This document shows positions 31,667 through 42,251 of a stretch of DNA of 64,000 nucleotides, one piece after another. Numbering within the stretch: position 1 is the stretch's first letter; each line of letters opens with the position of its first letter. The notes under the pieces are model-generated. The model ran no database searches. It was given only the letters and a program-made list of their open reading frames with translations, and was not told where the DNA came from. Both the position numbers and the translations under genes were made by a program. Source of the stretch: a virus (taxonomy: Duplodnaviria > Caudoviricetes); IMG/VR virus record IMGVR_UViG_3300028833_000057, positions 203,827 to 267,826 of that record. One strand, given 5' to 3'.

Positions 31667-33685
31667 TTAGTCATTAGCAGTAGACCAAAGATCATTATAT
31701 GTATCAGGATTAAAGTCTTCGTACTTCACTTCTTTAGGTGGAACCATCTGATAGAAAGATTCCAAAGCCTTTACAGATTCAGCACTAAGTTCTTCAACAT
31801 CCTTTACATTAGATTCCTTAAATGCTTCATATTTAGTATTGAAGTTAGGAACAATTCTTGCATTAAACTTAAGAATCTGATACTTCTTACCTTTATCTTC
31901 AGCAATAGCATTAAACTCTTCAGGTTCAAGTTTAGACTTAGCAAATAATGCTTCAGATTCTGCCTTAAGCAATTCAATATTATTATGCAGAATATTAGTA
32001 GCATCCGTAATACATTCCTTAATCATATTATTAATGAAATCGGAAGTACCACCAATATTATTGTAGAAATCAACTCCACCATCAACAACTGCCTTAACAC
32101 CATCGCTGAATGCATATCTACGAATATACTTTGCAGCTATAGTAGTAGCCGTAACAAGGTCAGAGCTACAGCCAACTGTACGGTAATCTTTACCAAAGAC
32201 AATTTCTTCAGCAACCATACCGGCAACTGCAACTGTAATAAAGTTCTTCATAGTCACACGAGTGTGTCTAATCTGATGAGTATTAATATAACCGGCTGCA
32301 ACATAACTATCTGCAATCACAGAAACGATTGCTGCAGGGACAGCATTAAATAACTCAGCATAGACAATAGCATGACCTGATTCATGAACAGATGTACATC
32401 TACGTTCATCTTCATCACGTGCCATACGAAGCATAGCTTCATCAACTGGACCAATACTAAAGAATTTTCTACCATCATCAGTATTTACAGTATGATCACT
32501 TTCATCATAAGATAAAGTAATTGCTGTCGGCATATCCTTAGTATTTTCATCAGTTTCAATATTGAAAATAATCTGAGGAATTACAGTATATAGCATGCTG
32601 GTAATTGTGCTAAATACTGGACGTGCACCTTGAGTTGGGAAAACACCATTTCTATAGATTGCCTTATAGACTGAAGGATCAAATGTAATATCTACATTAG
32701 AAATCTTTTTAGTATTTTCTTTTAGCTGCTCAAGAGCCTGGACAATTATCTTTCTATAACCAGCTTTACTGATGGAATAGAAGATAATATGATTATTGCC
32801 AAGTCTGGCAATTTGTTCAGGGAATAAGAATTCGCTTAGACCACGTTTTACATCGAATATTGTAATATCCTTGCAACTTTCGTGAATAACATCGGCATCG
32901 ATATCAACTCTAGCGGATTCTGTCGCCATTGCAAACACGCCATCAAGATTACCGCAAATGATGAATACGCATTTTGAGAAATCTAATTCAAAGACGGTAT
33001 TAGAGAAATTCTTTAGTGTAGCTTCAGCCACTGAGAGCATATCGGCTTCAGACATTGACATAATCTCAAGCAATGGCTTCTTAATCTTAAAGATTTTAGC
33101 ATATCTAATGGCAGAATATACAGAATCTTTCCAAGGAGCAATGCATCTCTTTTCTCTAGATACAGACGGATTAAGACTTGCTTTAATATGAGCGACCATG
33201 CTTATAATATCGGTCTTATCTATTTCTTCATGAATCTTTCCTGAAGAAAGAATTTCCCATAACTTTCCGTCTGTTGCAGCACGATTATTAAACATGCCTT
33301 TAGTAACCAGATTCTGGAATTCATCAAGCATTATAATGCCATCAATTTCTGTGGTAGAAGAATCTGAATTAACTATTAGACGAGTAAAGTCACTAAGAAT
33401 GTTACCCATGCCATTCTTTGTATCTATACAAACGGATGTAAAGACATTGCTTAGACCTAAGCCTTTAACAAACTCACGAACCATCTGAGTTTTACCAACG
33501 CCAGTCATACCCCATATATTTATAACAAGAGGGCGCTGTAATAACTCTTTGGCAGCATACCAAGGAGCCAACATATTAGCAAACTGGTCAATTTGTGCAT
33601 GGCAATCAACTAATTTCTGCTTAATATCTTCTTTAACGGTATTAAGCTTTTCTAGTTTTGCCTTAGCATTTTTAATATTTGCCAT
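31667..33685 (-). CDS. Soluble AAA+ ATPase fused to M41 (FtsH-type) peptidase
   Basis: GMTGVGKT, MLDEFQ, FPEQIARLG, QGARP; HESGHA..AGMVAEEIVFG..GCSSDL; no transmembrane segment. Confidence 0.88.
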   Translation of the reverse strand: MANIKNAKAKLEKLNTVKEDIKQKLVDCHAQIDQFANMLAPWYAAKELLQRPLVINIWGMTGVGKTQMVREFVKGLGLSNVFTSVCIDTKNGMGNILSDFTRLIVNSDSSTTEIDGIIMLDEFQNLVTKGMFNNRAATDGKLWEILSSGKIHEEIDKTDIISMVAHIKASLNPSVSREKRCIAPWKDSVYSAIRYAKIFKIKKPLLEIMSMSEADMLSVAEATLKNFSNTVFELDFSKCVFIICGNLDGVFAMATESARVDIDADVIHESCKDITIFDVKRGLSEFLFPEQIARLGNNHIIFYSISKAGYRKIIVQALEQLKENTKKISNVDITFDPSVYKAIYRNGVFPTQGARPVFSTITSMLYTVIPQIIFNIETDENTKDMPTAITLSYDESDHTVNTDDGRKFFSIGPVDEAMLRMARDEDERRCTSVHESGHAIVYAELFNAVPAAIVSVIADSYVAAGYINTHQIRHTRVTMKNFITVAVAGMVAEEIVFGKDYRTVGCSSDLVTATTIAAKYIRRYAFSDGVKAVVDGGVDFYNNIGGTSDFINNMIKECITDATNILHNNIELLKAESEALFAKSKLEPEEFNAIAEDKGKKYQILKFNARIVPNFNTKYEAFKESNVKDVEELSAESVKALESFYQMVPPKEVKYEDFNPDTYNDLWSTAND

Positions 33686-33797
33686 AATGCAATCCTTTCA
33701 AAAAATTATAAATTTACAATAGTAAGTTTTCGATTTTAAGAATTTGCAATACAAAATTCGAAAACATGAAATTGTATTATTTAACAAGGATATAACC

Positions 33798-34550
33798 ATG
33801 CTAAAAGCTTTAAACTTATCACATGAAGACGTATTAGCTTATATGTGCGATAAGCCATCTGAGCTTACTCGTGTTATGAATATGGCTAGTGCTGTAGCTC
33901 TTGAAGGTGCAGATCTATCTAAATTTAAATTTAATGAAGAAGATAGTAAAGTTATTTTATCTGTTATTGATAATCTTGAAACTAAGATTGAAGCAATTAA
34001 AGATAGAACTATTGCATCGGAATCTCCTAACTGGATCATAGAAATGCTTACAGAAGATCGTTCTAAATGGCCTAGAGAGTTTTCTGAACGCATTAATAAT
34101 GCTGCATCTGTAGCAAAAATTATGAAAATCATTGATGATATCGATGATAAAATTCAGGAAATTAAGGATTCCTTAGATGATGAGATCACTCTTAAGAGCT
34201 TTACTCGTAAAGCAATTAAAGCTGGTGTAATCGTTGCATCTTTATCTAACCCTATCACAGCAGTTGCTGCTGCTGGTGCTGCTGCCGTTAACTCTGTGGC
34301 TATTGATAAAGGTAAACAGAAGCTTCGTCTTGTTATGAATGAACTTTATAACATTCGTAGAAAAGCTGTTGCTCGTCGTGAAGAACTGAGAAAGCAAGAA
34401 TACTCTAATGATCCGAACCACGATACTTATGATAAGACTAAGAATGAGGATAGTGGCTATGGTCAGACGACTGGAATTGATGATGATGACGCGGAGGAAA
34501 GTGCCGATGTCGCATCCTTCAAGATGATAGATAAACTTTTAGACATGTAG
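33798..34550 (+). CDS. Putative processed head protein
   Basis: AAGGA RBS at ATG 33798; ALE|G and ASE|S motifs; late promoter 33763-33774. Confidence 0.55.
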   Translation: MLKALNLSHEDVLAYMCDKPSELTRVMNMASAVALEGADLSKFKFNEEDSKVILSVIDNLETKIEAIKDRTIASESPNWIIEMLTEDRSKWPREFSERINNAASVAKIMKIIDDIDDKIQEIKDSLDDEITLKSFTRKAIKAGVIVASLSNPITAVAAAGAAAVNSVAIDKGKQKLRLVMNELYNIRRKAVARREELRKQEYSNDPNHDTYDKTKNEDSGYGQTTGIDDDDAEESADVASFKMIDKLLDM

Positions 34551-34557
34551 AGGATCT

Positions 34558-35412
34558 ATGCCAGAAACGAAGAACATACAGCCGGTAGAAGAGCCTAATG
34601 CTACTGATAAAGAAAATGAAGATATGACTGTAGCCAACGGTAAAGGAAAGCAGTGTTGTAAGTTTGTAGCAATTCAGAACTATCAAGACCTGTATTCCTC
34701 GTTGCTAATAGCTTCCTCTAATTATCAGAATAAAAATTCGTTAGAAGGATTATATAAGCTTACTGAAAAGCTTTATGATTCGGCAGTTATGGCTTGGGAT
34801 GCTATGATGGAATCTCCTGATGAAGCTCTTAAGTCTTTAGGCAATGCTACTCCAGAAAATATTAATGTAGAAAAATTAATGGCTATGGAATGCTGCGCAT
34901 GTCTTCCTGTCTGTTCAGTAATGAATGGTACAGCTGAAGCCATAGCTATTATTAATGATTGGAAGACAAAAGTTCGTGATATTCAGAGCAAACTCAGAGT
35001 TAGAATTAACTCTCTTAAGTTAGATGCTGAAAAGATTACCGAAACTGAACAGAAGACTTCTAATGCATTTAATAATATCTTATTCTTCATTACACATGAT
35101 CCAGCTTATCATGGTGATCAGTTAATGAGATCATGTAAAGAATGTCCTAATGTTGGTGAAATGACCACCAGGCTGGCCAAATTGCAGGCTATGTTAGACA
35201 CATTTACTGATTCTGATGATAATGATGCCAATAATGCAAGATATGGATTTGGCAACTATAAAAAGTATCCAGCAGTGGGGGCTATTAATTATAGATGTAC
35301 CAATATTCCAAATCTATACAAGTGGAAATCTGTTGTAGGAAGATGTCAAGAAATTCTAAGACTTAGGAATTCGACAAATCCAGAAGATCAGCGGAGGCTT
35401 CAATATGTATAA
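34558..35412 (+). CDS. Hypothetical protein
   Basis: 284 aa ORF in late operon. Confidence 0.7.
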   Translation: MPETKNIQPVEEPNATDKENEDMTVANGKGKQCCKFVAIQNYQDLYSSLLIASSNYQNKNSLEGLYKLTEKLYDSAVMAWDAMMESPDEALKSLGNATPENINVEKLMAMECCACLPVCSVMNGTAEAIAIINDWKTKVRDIQSKLRVRINSLKLDAEKITETEQKTSNAFNNILFFITHDPAYHGDQLMRSCKECPNVGEMTTRLAKLQAMLDTFTDSDDNDANNARYGFGNYKKYPAVGAINYRCTNIPNLYKWKSVVGRCQEILRLRNSTNPEDQRRLQYV

Positions 35413-36013
35413 TGATACAATTATAGATAGACAGCTCGCCGTAAAGAATATTGTATCGGCTCTTTCAACCGGTATTAATTCATGGCTAGATAAGGTGTCG
35501 ATTTTAGCCATTTCGACACCCTCTGCTAATAAATTAAATGATATTCAAGAAAGATTACATTCAATGAAGTCTTCGTTATATTCTAAAGAATATAAACCAG
35601 TTATAGCTATCTTAGCTACAGATGCTATCATTGATGATCCTAAAGATTTAAATTCCTTGTCAAATAATGATATTAAGTATTATTTAAAACAAACAGATAC
35701 TAAAGTTATTAATAAAATAGCTGCTTTAGAAGAATATATTGATGATAGATCCAAGAGACTTAATTTCTTAAAGACACCAGAAGGTTTATTTAAGGTTTCT
35801 AAGTTCTCTGATTTAAGATCAATGTTAGATAAGTTGTATACTTCTATTGAAAATACAAAGAGAAGAGAAGTATGTAGTTATCTTGCTAATGAAGCTGCGT
35901 TTATTAATCGCAATATATCTAATATGGAATTTAAGGATAAGACAGTTCTACAAGATATGGGTAGAAATATTGTTAGAAAGTCCGTATTTAAATGTAGATT
36001 ATTGAGTGTTTAA
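35405..36013 (+). CDS. Hypothetical protein
   Basis: 202 aa ORF. Confidence 0.7.
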   Translation: MYNDTIIDRQLAVKNIVSALSTGINSWLDKVSILAISTPSANKLNDIQERLHSMKSSLYSKEYKPVIAILATDAIIDDPKDLNSLSNNDIKYYLKQTDTKVINKIAALEEYIDDRSKRLNFLKTPEGLFKVSKFSDLRSMLDKLYTSIENTKRREVCSYLANEAAFINRNISNMEFKDKTVLQDMGRNIVRKSVFKCRLLSV

Positions 36014-36069
36014 TTCAAAATCCCTTAGCATAAAGCTAAGGGATATTTATTTTTATATTAAGTAATGAT

Positions 36070-36795
36070 ATGATTGTACATACAGAACTTCGATTTATAG
36101 ATCCTCTATTAGAGCTACTCTTAAGAAGATCATTGACTCTATTTTTAACTAAAATGGAGCATACTTATTATAGACGAAAGCATAAGCTATATTATCGTAA
36201 TGCTTATGCTTCAAGAACAAATTGGTCCAATCCACATACAAAAGTTGAAATTGGAAACATCAATGAATCTAATGAGCATGTTATGGCTATAAGATTCAGA
36301 ATGGATACAAATGGTTTTTATTGTAAGTATCTTACTACACATGGAACGATATTTAATAAAGACTATGCCGATGATTTACATTATGATACTAATTCGCATA
36401 TGAGATACAATTGTCCAGATTTTGTAAAGCATTATAAAGGAATGTCCTTTATAGATAAGCTATTGGCCAATCCTAAAGATTATCTTGTAACTAGAATTCA
36501 TACTGATATACGACGTGATATGGATACTTTTGAAAATACTGTAAAAATATTTAATAATGAAGATTATATAGATCCAATTATGCATACACCTATACATCGT
36601 ACATTCTTCGATCATATAAATCTAGTTACTCCTAAAGATTTATTTATGTCTAATGAACCTTTATCAAAGGTAATTTCACAATCAACGATTATAGGTTTAC
36701 ATAATTTAAATACATATTTTGAGCATTATAATTTTGATAAGAATAAATATAATGCTGCAATTAGATATGGAAATTATTTATATTCTTTGTTATAA
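36070..36795 (+). CDS. Hypothetical early protein
   Basis: 241 aa; TTATATTAA at 36053-36061. Confidence 0.65.
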   Translation: MIVHTELRFIDPLLELLLRRSLTLFLTKMEHTYYRRKHKLYYRNAYASRTNWSNPHTKVEIGNINESNEHVMAIRFRMDTNGFYCKYLTTHGTIFNKDYADDLHYDTNSHMRYNCPDFVKHYKGMSFIDKLLANPKDYLVTRIHTDIRRDMDTFENTVKIFNNEDYIDPIMHTPIHRTFFDHINLVTPKDLFMSNEPLSKVISQSTIIGLHNLNTYFEHYNFDKNKYNAAIRYGNYLYSLL

Positions 36796-36828
36796 ATAAA
36801 CCTTCACATAGAATATACTGGAGTTAAT

Positions 36829-37278
36829 ATGGTAACAAGCGAACTCTTGGGTAAATTAATTAATTCTAAAGAAAATAAAAAATTAGCTGATAAGCTAGTG
36901 ACGGATATCACCAGTGAGTATTATCATAATTTTTCTGGAAAATTTTTCCACTTTAGAATTAATGGAAGTACTGCTATTAATAATGAAGATGTGGTAAAAG
37001 AATTTAATAGCTTACCAGATAATCTACGTAAACTATTTCTAGATATGTTTATAAAAGGTAATTTTATGTATCCTTCAGATAAAGAAGATAATCCGTACAA
37101 ATATCAGAAAATATATAATAATATTATTATTGCTACCAAAGCTTTTATAAATAGTGTTAATATGACTATCGAAAAATTATGTGCTACTGAAGCATGGCAT
37201 AGAAATGCATCACTTAATTATCGTGGATATAATGGCTATGATGATTATATAAATCTAAATTCGAATAGATACTACTAA
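36829..37278 (+). CDS. Hypothetical protein
   Basis: 149 aa; GGAG RBS. Confidence 0.7.
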   Translation: MVTSELLGKLINSKENKKLADKLVTDITSEYYHNFSGKFFHFRINGSTAINNEDVVKEFNSLPDNLRKLFLDMFIKGNFMYPSDKEDNPYKYQKIYNNIIIATKAFINSVNMTIEKLCATEAWHRNASLNYRGYNGYDDYINLNSNRYY

Positions 37279-37301
37279 ACAACACCGGAGATTAGAATAT
37301 C

Positions 37302-37967
37302 ATGGGAATGGATATTTCCTTCTATGTCTTTCAATCTGAAAAGCATCTCAAGGCTTATTCAGATGCAAGTTATGAATTAAATAAGTTAACTGCAGATCTT
37401 GGCGAAAAATATAAAGATAAATTTGATAAGGCATATGAGTCTGCAATTTTTGATGATGAAGATATGCCGCAGATTTATAGCGAAGAAGAGCAGAAGGAAT
37501 ATGATGCTTTAATGCTATCAGTGGAATCAAATGAAGGCAAAGAACTAAAATTCCTTTACGGCGATTCATTTGCGTCAATGATTCCTGCTTACTTTAGAAA
37601 GTATCATAAAAATCTTCTAGTTAACTGGTGGGATTCTCATTATACGCATTTAATAATATCTGAAGATATTATTGATGATTTGATCAATAAAACAGAAGAA
37701 GTATTGAAGTTTCCTGAAAAGGCAATGGAGATTCTTCCAGTATTAGATATTTATGAAGTATATGGTAAATCTGATGACGATCCTGAAGAATATCGTTACG
37801 GAGCTTACCAAGTTATTGATGGAAAAATCTATGCAGACAAGAATATATCTGCTGATGATAATGTATATATCAGAGAGATTGGTAAGTACAATATAGCCTT
37901 TAAACAAGTCAAAGAACTTCTCAATGCGAATCCTAATATCATTCTAGCATATTATGAATCACTTTAA
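37302..37967 (+). CDS. Phage hypothetical protein (MGxD family)
   Basis: MGMDISFY start and YYES end pattern common to small phage proteins. Confidence 0.7.
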   Translation: MGMDISFYVFQSEKHLKAYSDASYELNKLTADLGEKYKDKFDKAYESAIFDDEDMPQIYSEEEQKEYDALMLSVESNEGKELKFLYGDSFASMIPAYFRKYHKNLLVNWWDSHYTHLIISEDIIDDLINKTEEVLKFPEKAMEILPVLDIYEVYGKSDDDPEEYRYGAYQVIDGKIYADKNISADDNVYIREIGKYNIAFKQVKELLNANPNIILAYYESL

Positions 37968-37968
37968 T

Positions 37969-38054
37969 GGAAGTGTGGCCGAGTGGTTTAAGGCTGCTGA
38001 TTTGAAATCAGCCGTAGCTAATCACTACCGTGGGTTCGAATCCTACCACTTCCT
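37969..38054 (+). tRNA. tRNA-Ser(UGA)
   Basis: GGAAGTG/CACTTCC acceptor, TT-TGA-AA loop, long variable arm, GGTTCGAATCC. Confidence 0.93.
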
Positions 38055-38137
38055 CTGAAATGAGTATACCTAAAAGTATACTCATTTTTTTTTAATAAAA
38101 TAAAGATATAGCTTTAATGCTATATCTTTATTAATTT

Positions 38138-39088
38138 TTATTCATCAAATATAGAACTGATCTTAGATTTATATTCTTCAAGTGCAGATTTAGCTGCATC
38201 TTCGGAATTAAATCCAAGGAAAGGTACTAATGAAAAATTTAAAACTGTAATTCTATTCATTATAGACAATGTTTTAGTACACATTAGTGAAATCTTTTGT
38301 ACAATTTCTTTAAGAAGGGATACTTGATCAGAGGTGTATTCTTTATTATTACTTAAAGAATTTATAGTAGCATCCAATCTCTTAACAGATAAGGTAAGTA
38401 TTTTAAATGATGTATCGGATATATCTTTATATTTATCAAGATATTTATCTAAAAACTCAGGATACTTCGCTGCTGGTACTCTATTCACATGTACTTTATT
38501 GGCTCTACTTATTATACTACTCTTGAGATTATTATTAAAGGCATCATAATGTCTTATAATTTCCTTATGCATAGAAGATATTTCTTCAGGTTGGAAGCTG
38601 CCAACTTTTTCAATGTCTTTTATTAATTCATTTAATTCCTCTGTCATACTTTTAACGTCACCAAATGCTACTTCGGCTCCATCAGCATAGTATCTAATAT
38701 CATGAATGCCTTCGTAATATTCATTTTGGTCAGCAGCTTCGTGTGCAGGTTCTGTTTTATCTTCTTTAGATTTTGTATTATTTCCATCTTTCTTTTTAGA
38801 AAGCTTGGCTTTAATTGCATTAATTCTTTTAGATATAAATTCTTTAATTTTATTATATGCAGTTACAATAAAATTCTTTATTTTCTTTACAAGTTCTTTA
38901 ATAAAATTCCATGCAGCCAATGCATACTTTTTTGCATTATCAGTAAAAGCTTCATTAGCTAAAGCATAGTAATTTGCAGATTCATTACTAACCTTTAATG
39001 CACTTTCACTTTTTATAACAGAAGCCAACTGACTATTTAAGTCTTCTGACGATTCAATTATAAATGATAGTATATCTGAATATAGCAT
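38138..39088 (-). CDS. Internal head protein paralog
   Basis: SNES..ALANE|A..WNFIKELVKKIK; promoter TACATTATATTG 39114-39125. Confidence 0.7.
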   Translation of the reverse strand: MLYSDILSFIIESSEDLNSQLASVIKSESALKVSNESANYYALANEAFTDNAKKYALAAWNFIKELVKKIKNFIVTAYNKIKEFISKRINAIKAKLSKKKDGNNTKSKEDKTEPAHEAADQNEYYEGIHDIRYYADGAEVAFGDVKSMTEELNELIKDIEKVGSFQPEEISSMHKEIIRHYDAFNNNLKSSIISRANKVHVNRVPAAKYPEFLDKYLDKYKDISDTSFKILTLSVKRLDATINSLSNNKEYTSDQVSLLKEIVQKISLMCTKTLSIMNRITVLNFSLVPFLGFNSEDAAKSALEEYKSKISSIFDE

Positions 39089-39180
39089 ATATTTCCTCTT
39101 TAAAAATTTATTACAATATAATGTATAAGAATAAAATAAAAATATAGACTCTTGTAGGAGTCTATATTTTTTTTTTATAA

Positions 39181-40134
39181 TTAATCGGCTAACATAGCCT
39201 TAACTTTTTCATCAATCTTATTAGTAACTTCTTCATACTTTTCTTTAGCTGCTTCAGGAGTAGCAAATCCAGACACAGGCATAAGTTCTAGCCTGACGTT
39301 AATCATATACTGTCTAACACCATTATACTTAGCTATGAATGAAGTAAACGTCGAGCAAAGTGTCTTAGCCACAGCAAGATTCTTTTCAGGATAATCTGCC
39401 ATATTAGAGGCTTTTTGAACACCCTTTTCGAATCCATCAAGCATATGCTGTATAAGCTGATAGCATTTATCTTCAAGCTTGGTATAACCAGCAATAAGTT
39501 TTGAAGCCAAATCAGGATATTGAGAAGCTGGCACTTTCTGTACAGAGGATAACATAGCGTTAGCGTTTCTAAAGGTCTGATCATAGTACTTAGAAGACTT
39601 CATAAGTGCTATATAATTTTCAATACCCTTAAGTTCTTCATCATTCATGTCTTTCATGCCAGCAATGACTTCACCAAATTCCATTTCCTTTGCGGTTTCA
39701 TTCATAACCTTGATGGATTCGTCATAAATTGCCGGATGGGCTACACCGTAATAGTACACGACATCTTCAGCAGCTTCATGAGCTGGTTCTGCTTTAGCTT
39801 CTTCAGGCTTCTGACCTTCAGCAGGAGCACCTGCATCCTTTTTACTAAATCTTGCTCTAATAGCAGCAACACGCTTTTGGAAGAATTCCTTAACATGCTT
39901 AAAAGCATTAAGTATGAATGTTTTAATCTTATTAAGAATGTCCTTAATAAATTTCCAAACTTTACCAGCGTATTCTCTTACCTTATCGCTAAGACCTTCG
40001 TTAGCTAAAGAATAAAAGACTGCAGACTCATTACTAATGCTGGTCGCAAATTTGTATTTCATGACTTCTGCATAAGTTTTGTTGATGTCTTCTGTAGAAG
40101 TTATTGTGTAGAGTAAAATATCTGAATAGGTCAT
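39181..40134 (-). CDS. Internal head protein paralog
   Basis: SNES..SLANE|G..WKFIKDILNKIK; shares EPAHEAA with neighbour; promoter 40157-40168. Confidence 0.7.
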   Translation of the reverse strand: MTYSDILLYTITSTEDINKTYAEVMKYKFATSISNESAVFYSLANEGLSDKVREYAGKVWKFIKDILNKIKTFILNAFKHVKEFFQKRVAAIRARFSKKDAGAPAEGQKPEEAKAEPAHEAAEDVVYYYGVAHPAIYDESIKVMNETAKEMEFGEVIAGMKDMNDEELKGIENYIALMKSSKYYDQTFRNANAMLSSVQKVPASQYPDLASKLIAGYTKLEDKCYQLIQHMLDGFEKGVQKASNMADYPEKNLAVAKTLCSTFTSFIAKYNGVRQYMINVRLELMPVSGFATPEAAKEKYEEVTNKIDEKVKAMLAD

Positions 40135-40289
40135 ATAAGAATCCTTTTGTTAAATACAATATAATGTATTGAAAAATATTAAAAAAGTTATATATTCTTT
40201 ATGAGTATATAACTTTATTCTTAGTTAATAAAATCTTATTTAGTCGTTATATTTTTCTACATTTTATTGATTCAGAAGAAGGAGTTTAT

Positions 40290-40994
40290 ATGGAAACTGG
40301 TGAAGGATCTTCAGAAGAGAAAATATATACAAAGCCCTCGGGAATACCCGTATATGCATCTATTATTATAGTTATATCTATGATAATATCGACATTGTAT
40401 ACTATAAATAATAAGAATAAAGAGATTATCGAATATAAAAAAGAAATAGAGACTATTACTGCAAAATCTATTTCAGATAGTATATACTTTAAAAAGTCTA
40501 TTCATGAAAAAGATAGTTTATATCAAGTTCAACTAAAAGAACTTAGAACTGAGTCTGAAAAGAAGTCTGAAAATGTGTCTACTTCTAAAACCATTACACG
40601 AATTGTATACAAAGATAGCATAAAGGAAATATACAGTGAAAATACGGAAAGTAATGTGGAATATATTAGAGAAATTTCTATGCTCCGTGATTCCATTTCT
40701 AATCTTGCTGTTCGTGAATATTCTGCTGAAACAGTGTACGTGGAAAAGCTTAGGATTGATACAGTAAGCGTATATACGGAAGCTGAAAGTAAGGTAGAAA
40801 CGAAGATCAATACAAAAAAGAAATCATGGAATATTTATGCTGAAGCTAATGGCTTCATAAATACAGATATAGATTTCTCTTATGATATTGAAATAGGTGG
40901 GAAAATATTTCTTACCAATAATCTATATGGAAAGATGGGTCTAGGATATAATAGTAAGCCTAGAGCTAATCTAGGAATTGGAATTGAATTCTAA
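40290..40994 (+). CDS. Membrane-anchored coiled-coil protein with C-terminal beta strands (spanin-like?)
   Basis: N-terminal TM helix, coiled coil, alternating beta strands ending in Phe. Confidence 0.5.
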   Translation: METGEGSSEEKIYTKPSGIPVYASIIIVISMIISTLYTINNKNKEIIEYKKEIETITAKSISDSIYFKKSIHEKDSLYQVQLKELRTESEKKSENVSTSKTITRIVYKDSIKEIYSENTESNVEYIREISMLRDSISNLAVREYSAETVYVEKLRIDTVSVYTEAESKVETKINTKKKSWNIYAEANGFINTDIDFSYDIEIGGKIFLTNNLYGKMGLGYNSKPRANLGIGIEF

Positions 40995-41003
40995 AAAAAA
41001 AAA

Positions 41004-41029
41004 TGCCATGGGAACGAATTCCCATGGCA
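41004..41029 (-). terminator. Intrinsic terminator
   Basis: TGCCATGGGAA/TTCCCATGGCA 11-bp stem, UUCG loop on minus strand, followed by a U run. Confidence 0.9.
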
Positions 41030-41031
41030 CT

Positions 41032-41327
41032 AAAACCTAGTTATCAATTATTAAAGATACGATGAAACTAAATCCAAATCGAAATCAAAAACCAGATTCC
41101 CAGCAAAAGCAAAAGCAATGATAGGAATTTTGGGAATCTGTAAAGTGGCATCGAAAGTTGGGGTCGAACCAACGTATCTCCAGCTTACAAAGCTAGTGCT
41201 CAACCTACTGAGCTATTTCGATAATTGGGGCCAATCACTTAGCCTTACAGTCATTAAAAGTTGTATCTTTAATAATCAAATCTAGCTAACGAAGTAGACA
41301 AGCTCCAAGCGTTAGCTCCTAGGTTTT
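41032..41327 (-). ncRNA. Large structured RNA enclosing a tRNA, downstream of coiled-coil gene
   Basis: Helices 41032-40/41319-27, 41047-60/41263-76, 41284-91/41310-17, 41093-102/41131-40, 41138-45/41243-50. Confidence 0.8.
41146..41222 (-). tRNA. tRNA with UGU (Thr) anticodon, non-canonical acceptor, encoded CCA
   Basis: ATCGAAA/TTTCGAT acceptor, GCTC/GAGC D stem, TT-TGT-AA loop, GTTGG TTCGACC CCAAC, G73-CCA. Confidence 0.85.
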
Positions 41328-41343
41328 ATCTCCTTCCCATCCT

Positions 41344-42210
41344 CTAGTAATTCTTCACGAAATTGTAGATATCTTGAAGATTATCGGGAATGATAATCTT
41401 CAGGTCTGCAATTCGCTGAATTTCATTGATGGTTTCCTGCGAATGTTCAGCAGTCTTAGTTTTAAACCAAGAATCGTATTCGTTGAACTTCATACGATAT
41501 TCTGCAAGAAGACGATCGTTCTCCTTCGTCATCTTCTCGTTAATGGAGTGTTTAATTCCATTAAGTTCAGCCTGGATGCTGCGGAACTGTTCTTGAAGCT
41601 GCATGAATACCTTGTCGATCTCTTCCATAGGGATCGATGAAGAGTATACAGCAACAGTGAGAGAAGGAGTTCCCACGCCAGATACGTCCTGCTTACCCAT
41701 CTGAGCTTTTACAGTTTTTCTTGCTCTATTGAAAGAACCATCAGGATGGATAATCTTTCCAATATTTGCAGCTTGTGCTTCAAGCTCCAAATACTTCTGT
41801 CTTTCGCCAACTGACATCTGGTTGATGATATCATCTTCAGAGACCTTCTCAAGATCCGGGCGTTCCATGCACTTCTCGCCCTTTTCACAGAGCCATCTGA
41901 ATATATCTCGATTACGAAGATCGGTTTGAGCCTTTTCCTTTGCATCGATCGCTTCGCGCAACCATGCATTGAGAGCTTTTAACTTACCAACCTTCTCCAA
42001 TTCGGCAATCTTGGTATTGAGCCATTCAAGGCTCTTACCAGCTTCAACAAGAATTGGATCAGCACCAGCAACCTTGTAGGTTACATTCACAAATGTGAAG
42101 TCGTTCAGTTCTCTTTGAATTCCCTCAAAGATCTCCTTCGACTTGTTTGCTATGAAGTTCGCAGAAGTACTGGTGAGGCCTTTCTCACCAAAATAAACCT
42201 TATTGAACAT
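41344..42210 (-). CDS. Coiled-coil protein associated with downstream structured RNA
   Basis: 288 aa; GLTSTSAN..AN, AWLREAI.AK, AA.IGK.IHPDG, L.IIIP..L motifs; high-expression codon bias; own early promoter. Confidence 0.8.
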   Translation of the reverse strand: MFNKVYFGEKGLTSTSANFIANKSKEIFEGIQRELNDFTFVNVTYKVAGADPILVEAGKSLEWLNTKIAELEKVGKLKALNAWLREAIDAKEKAQTDLRNRDIFRWLCEKGEKCMERPDLEKVSEDDIINQMSVGERQKYLELEAQAANIGKIIHPDGSFNRARKTVKAQMGKQDVSGVGTPSLTVAVYSSSIPMEEIDKVFMQLQEQFRSIQAELNGIKHSINEKMTKENDRLLAEYRMKFNEYDSWFKTKTAEHSQETINEIQRIADLKIIIPDNLQDIYNFVKNY

Positions 42211-42251
42211 TTTTACTCCTTGTTAAAGATTAAGTTGAAAAGGTTCAAAAT

